Positions 60,450 to 64,000 of a stretch of 64,000 bases of DNA are shown here, piece after piece. The position numbers were made by a program, and so were the translations under genes. This DNA is from Neophaeotheca triangularis (lineage: Eukaryota): contig BAAIJX010000001.1 of the NCBI GenBank assembly GCA_054600435.1, positions 744,001 to 808,000 on the forward strand, in the 5' to 3' direction. Position 1 is the stretch's first letter, and the number at the start of each line of letters is the position of its first letter. The notes below the pieces were generated by a model that saw nothing but the letters and a program-made list of their open reading frames with translations, ran no database searches and was not told the DNA's origin.

Positions 60450-61619
60450 TCAACCGTGAGCGGCTTCACCAATGCGCCAACTTCTCAAGTCTTCTCTTAT
60501 GTCAAACTCATCCACCTCCCCGGGTGCCTTCCTGGGAGCCATATCCCCCCTCTGCTTGTACCCAGCAGGTCGCCTCTCCAAGCTGCCCCTCTCATTGACC
60601 CCATCCTTCTGTATCAATGGACTCCTCCAAGACGATCTATGCCGATGATGATGATGGTGATGGTGGTGGTGATGATGACGAGGCGAGCGATCCGCCTCAC
60701 CCACATCCCTATCCACTCTAGGCGTACTAGCCCCAGAGCCCCCAGAACTCGACGGCTGCATCTTCTCATCCGGCGGTCTGCCCCCCTTACCCCACCCATC
60801 CCCTCCCGCAAAAATATCCTCAATACACTCGTCCGCCTTCATCTCCCCAGGCTGGCTGCTCCAATAAGCCGCCAACGTTCGCCTGTACAAATCCTGCATC
60901 TCCAACTCCCCCTTTCGATTCCCCAAACTCGGCATCGAGTCCAAAGTCCCCTGCCCGCCATTCCCACTCCCCGCACCCCCCTCCTCCCCCTGCGAATGCG
61001 AATTGCCCCCAGCACCCACCGCCTCCCCCGCACTCGACACAATGCCGGCGATGCCGCCAAAAACCTGCGCGCTCCGCAAAGGCGGCGCCGAATACTCCTT
61101 GGTGCCCTCGACATGCCTCAAGCCCAATCCAATCTTCAGCGTCGAATTGATCTTACTCTCCTGCATAAGATACCTCCTCGTGACTCCAAACCCACCACCA
61201 CCACCACCACTCTCCCCCTCCCCCCCATTACCACCACCGCCACCACTACTCCCCCCTTCCTCACTAACCCCCACATACTCCGCCAAATTCACCCGCACCC
61301 TCCCCAACACAATCCGCTCACCACGTCCACTAGACGAGTACTCCTGCACGACCTCGAAAACCACTTCCACCGGCTGCAGCAACCCTTCCTTGCCCACTTG
61401 CAAGCGCACGGTCAGGTCTTTCTGGCAGTCGTATACAACGCGGTGGTCGCGGATCTGGGCTTTGGGGGTGCGGCCGCGGTGCTCGGCCGCTGTGGAAGCG
61501 GGGAGGTGCCATTTGATGAAGCTGCTGCCGCTGACGAGGGGTACGTTGTTGAGGTCGTGGATGTGGAGGTGGAAAGCGAATTTGGGTCGGCGCGATTTGT
61601 GCGGGAGGAAGTTGGACAT
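60450..61619 (-). CDS. NT-type C2 domain (EEIG1/EHBP1 N-terminal C2) protein
   Basis: Motifs PKFAFHLHIHDLNNVPLVSG, LGRVRVNLAEYV and RRYLMQESKINSTLKI. Gly-rich and His-rich tracts. Confidence 0.85.
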   Translation of the reverse strand: MSNFLPHKSRRPKFAFHLHIHDLNNVPLVSGSSFIKWHLPASTAAEHRGRTPKAQIRDHRVVYDCQKDLTVRLQVGKEGLLQPVEVVFEVVQEYSSSGRGERIVLGRVRVNLAEYVGVSEEGGSSGGGGGNGGEGESGGGGGGFGVTRRYLMQESKINSTLKIGLGLRHVEGTKEYSAPPLRSAQVFGGIAGIVSSAGEAVGAGGNSHSQGEEGGAGSGNGGQGTLDSMPSLGNRKGELEMQDLYRRTLAAYWSSQPGEMKADECIEDIFAGGDGWGKGGRPPDEKMQPSSSGGSGASTPRVDRDVGEADRSPRHHHHHHHHHHHRHRSSWRSPLIQKDGVNERGSLERRPAGYKQRGDMAPRKAPGEVDEFDIREDLRSWRIGEAAHG

Positions 61620-61980
61620 TTTGGTTGGTCTGGTCGTGCTTGTTTTGTGTCTACCGTGCGGTAGCTGGGAGGTGTGGGTGTGGTTACATTGTTGGTTGGT
61701 GTTGGGTGGTATTGATCAAGTAGTGACTCGGTTGTATAGCTTGCGGGGGGCGCCTTCAGCGGAATCCAGGTCCCGAGAGTCTGCTTTGCTTCTACTGTAC
61801 GCTTCTATGCGCCAACGACGTCTTTTACTGCAACACTGACGACAAATGGAACGTCGATCCGAGAATGAAGTGGCACTGTTAGTCTCTATTACAGAACCAT
61901 GCCTATATACTGAATTACCACCAACACCATCGCTAATCAAGAGAAAGCCCATACCCAAACCCTTACCCTCCATGTATCTA

Positions 61981-64000
61981 TCATAACCTCACCCTCCCAT
62001 CCTCAGCCCTCCCACCAAACCACCTACTAAGTCCACCCGACTGCGCCCCAGCACTCTCCTGCCGGTCATTCTGCATCCACTTCGGCGTCTTGAAACCCGC
62101 GCTCAGATTCTGCACCCACTCGGGCCTCTCCACAGTATCAAAGGTATTGCGCACTCTCTCGGTGAAGTCCTGGTAGAAATGCCGGGCCCCGTCATCCTCT
62201 TCCTCTTCTTGGTTGGTAACCGAGTTGAAAGTCCTGCGCGCCTGCATTGTACCCTCGCTCTCGCCGACGGTGTTGCGGGTCTGGTTCGCTCTTTGGGGGA
62301 CCCCCGTGCGCGATGGGCTGGAAGTGCCAGCCGTAGAGCTGACGGGGCCACGGCGGTCGTAGTCAAGAGACTCGCCCCCGCGCGAGGCCAGCCCAACGTT
62401 GCCGCCGCCTTCGCCGCCTTGCTGTAGTTCTCGATCTATAAGGGCACGGCCTTCGCGCCAACCACCCGTGCCGAAACCGGAAGGATTATTCTCGCTTTCG
62501 TCCTCGAGGACGCCGAAGCCGACGACGCTTTTGATCTTGCCGTAGACGTTGAATAATGTCATTAGTACGGGTATTAAGAGGAAGCAAGGGAAGAAGGCGC
62601 TGAAGCCCGTCCCGAGCGGTGTGAGGTTGATGAGCTTGCCTAGGAAGGCGTAGAAGCTGGTGTCTTTGTAAACGTCCCTAGGCATCATCGTGATAAAATT
62701 GTAGGATAGGGGCACAGTGAGTTTGGCGACTTGCAGGCTGTACCAACAAGCGCTTTCGGAGTATGTCTGGCGTTTGACCAGCGCACGGTTGCCCCAGACC
62801 TTGACGTCAGCAATGGCGTACAGAGCGCAGGCGTCCATGTAGAAGAGCCAGGCGGCCGCAATCACTTGCCCAGCTAGTCCTACTCGGCCCGCTTCGGAGT
62901 TTTTGTGATGTACGACGGTCAAGCCAATGACGCTGAGCTTTGAGGTGAAAGAGCTGGCAACTTCGCTGTAGATCACCAAAGCCGAAGCTACCGCGAAGAA
63001 GGCCGCAAGCGCGATGCGGAGCGCCGGTACAATCCGAGCGTAGATTGTGTAGCGCATGGTCGGAGTCAAGAAGTTGTGTTGTCCAAGCAGGGAATGGGAG
63101 ATGGATCTCTCGCGGCCAAAGTCCAATTGTTGCGACGAAGCAGCGTCCAGTATCGTCTGGGTGTCCTGTGCCCTCTGGCATAGAGTGGTCCACTCGTCGA
63201 TGAACCTCGTCTTCTTGTGTTTCGCGCGTTTGAACTTTCTCGTCAAATCGGCCAGATAGCGCTCTGTTACCACAGCCGGTATGTTGACGTTTGTCGCACG
63301 TACGGCAGCTGTAGCCCCTGGCCTCGATTCTGGCAGTGCTGCCGTATCAGCCAACTCATCGATCCATTCCTGTAGATTCCTGCTCGTTCCGTGCTTCCTC
63401 TGCTTAAGTTGCGTAATCGTATTCTCCAACTGCTCCAACTGCTCAGTCGCCTCGTCCAGCTTCTCCCTTGTCCGCGGCGCCTGAGCCTGCAACCTCCTCA
63501 ACCTCTCGCTCGCGTGTGCATTCTTGAACAATCTCCTAGGAAGTGCCACCATGCCATGTCCCATCAAGCCGAGACCCAGTATCAACCCCCAAGCATACGC
63601 CAGCGCCATGACCAGCCCCTTGATGCTCGATCCGTGAAACCCATTCTGCAGGATGAAGTAGACCAAACCTGCGGTGCCCGTTCCCAGCACGATCAATTGG
63701 TATCTCAAGTTACTCCTAGCCGAGTCAATGACCCTGCTGCGAGTATCCCTATATCCAGAATCACAATACTCCCCCAGCAGTGGCAGCATGAACCACGTGA
63801 GGAGAAACGTGAGCCAATAAGTGATGCGCCATGTGACCAGCAGGACTCGCTCGTTTAACCAGATGCCTCTAGTATGTTTGTTGCCGCTATCGATTGAAGC
63901 GAGGTCGATGGGGACGAGAAGGATGATGCTACAGGGGAGAGCTAGGGCGAGGAAGACAGGGACCAGGAGGTAAGCTGGGGTCGAGCGCAGGGGGAGGTAG
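61981..64000 (-). CDS. LMBR1-family membrane protein (5' end beyond the window)
   Basis: Frame is open to the window edge (YLPLRSTPAYLLVPVFLALALP..LVPIDLAS..WRITYWLTFLLTWFMLP). Motifs EYCDSGYR, GHGMVALPR and KLTVPLSYNF. Confidence 0.88.
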   Translation of the reverse strand, partial: YLPLRSTPAYLLVPVFLALALPCSIILLVPIDLASIDSGNKHTRGIWLNERVLLVTWRITYWLTFLLTWFMLPLLGEYCDSGYRDTRSRVIDSARSNLRYQLIVLGTGTAGLVYFILQNGFHGSSIKGLVMALAYAWGLILGLGLMGHGMVALPRRLFKNAHASERLRRLQAQAPRTREKLDEATEQLEQLENTITQLKQRKHGTSRNLQEWIDELADTAALPESRPGATAAVRATNVNIPAVVTERYLADLTRKFKRAKHKKTRFIDEWTTLCQRAQDTQTILDAASSQQLDFGRERSISHSLLGQHNFLTPTMRYTIYARIVPALRIALAAFFAVASALVIYSEVASSFTSKLSVIGLTVVHHKNSEAGRVGLAGQVIAAAWLFYMDACALYAIADVKVWGNRALVKRQTYSESACWYSLQVAKLTVPLSYNFITMMPRDVYKDTSFYAFLGKLINLTPLGTGFSAFFPCFLLIPVLMTLFNVYGKIKSVVGFGVLEDESENNPSGFGTGGWREGRALIDRELQQGGEGGGNVGLASRGGESLDYDRRGPVSSTAGTSSPSRTGVPQRANQTRNTVGESEGTMQARRTFNSVTNQEEEEDDGARHFYQDFTERVRNTFDTVERPEWVQNLSAGFKTPKWMQNDRQESAGAQSGGLSRWFGGRAEDGRVRL

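Noticed and set aside
60456..61839. Long + strand ORFs (402 and 278 aa)
   Set aside because: Antisense shadows of the NT-C2 gene; low complexity with no motifs.
1..64000. Transposons, tRNA/rRNA genes, PKS/NRPS backbone genes, TGA-CTA readthrough PTS1 signals
   Set aside because: None recognised by eye; tRNAscan, Rfam and RepeatMasker would be needed to exclude short elements.

Overview
Gene-dense, intron-containing euchromatic DNA from a filamentous ascomycete, probably a Dothideomycete (inferred from short ~50-60 nt GT-AG introns with CTRAC branch sites and from gene content). About 28 protein-coding genes were reconstructed. No rRNA, tRNA, CRISPR array or intact transposon was seen. The main finding is a spliced gene absent from the ORF track (53592-54112, +). 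It encodes a 155-aa miniature Cu/Zn-SOD/CCS-fold-like protein with an N-terminal MxCxxC motif and is transcribed divergently from a presequence-less MnSOD. Their shared 503-bp promoter holds three AAYGYGCTCA Mac1-type copper-response elements, suggesting a copper-starvation SOD-switch module. Other highlights: an adjacent intronless, bacterial-looking alpha/beta hydrolase with an appended SKL; a transporter/Zn2Cys6/SDR/FMO cluster with CGG-N10-CCG sites upstream of the SDR and FMO; a JlbA/IDI-4-like bZIP with possible non-AUG and uORF control; a signal-peptide-bearing small-subunit catalase; a Nrm1/Whi5-like gene; and a candidate intronic C/D snoRNA. All family calls come from motif recognition, not database searches.
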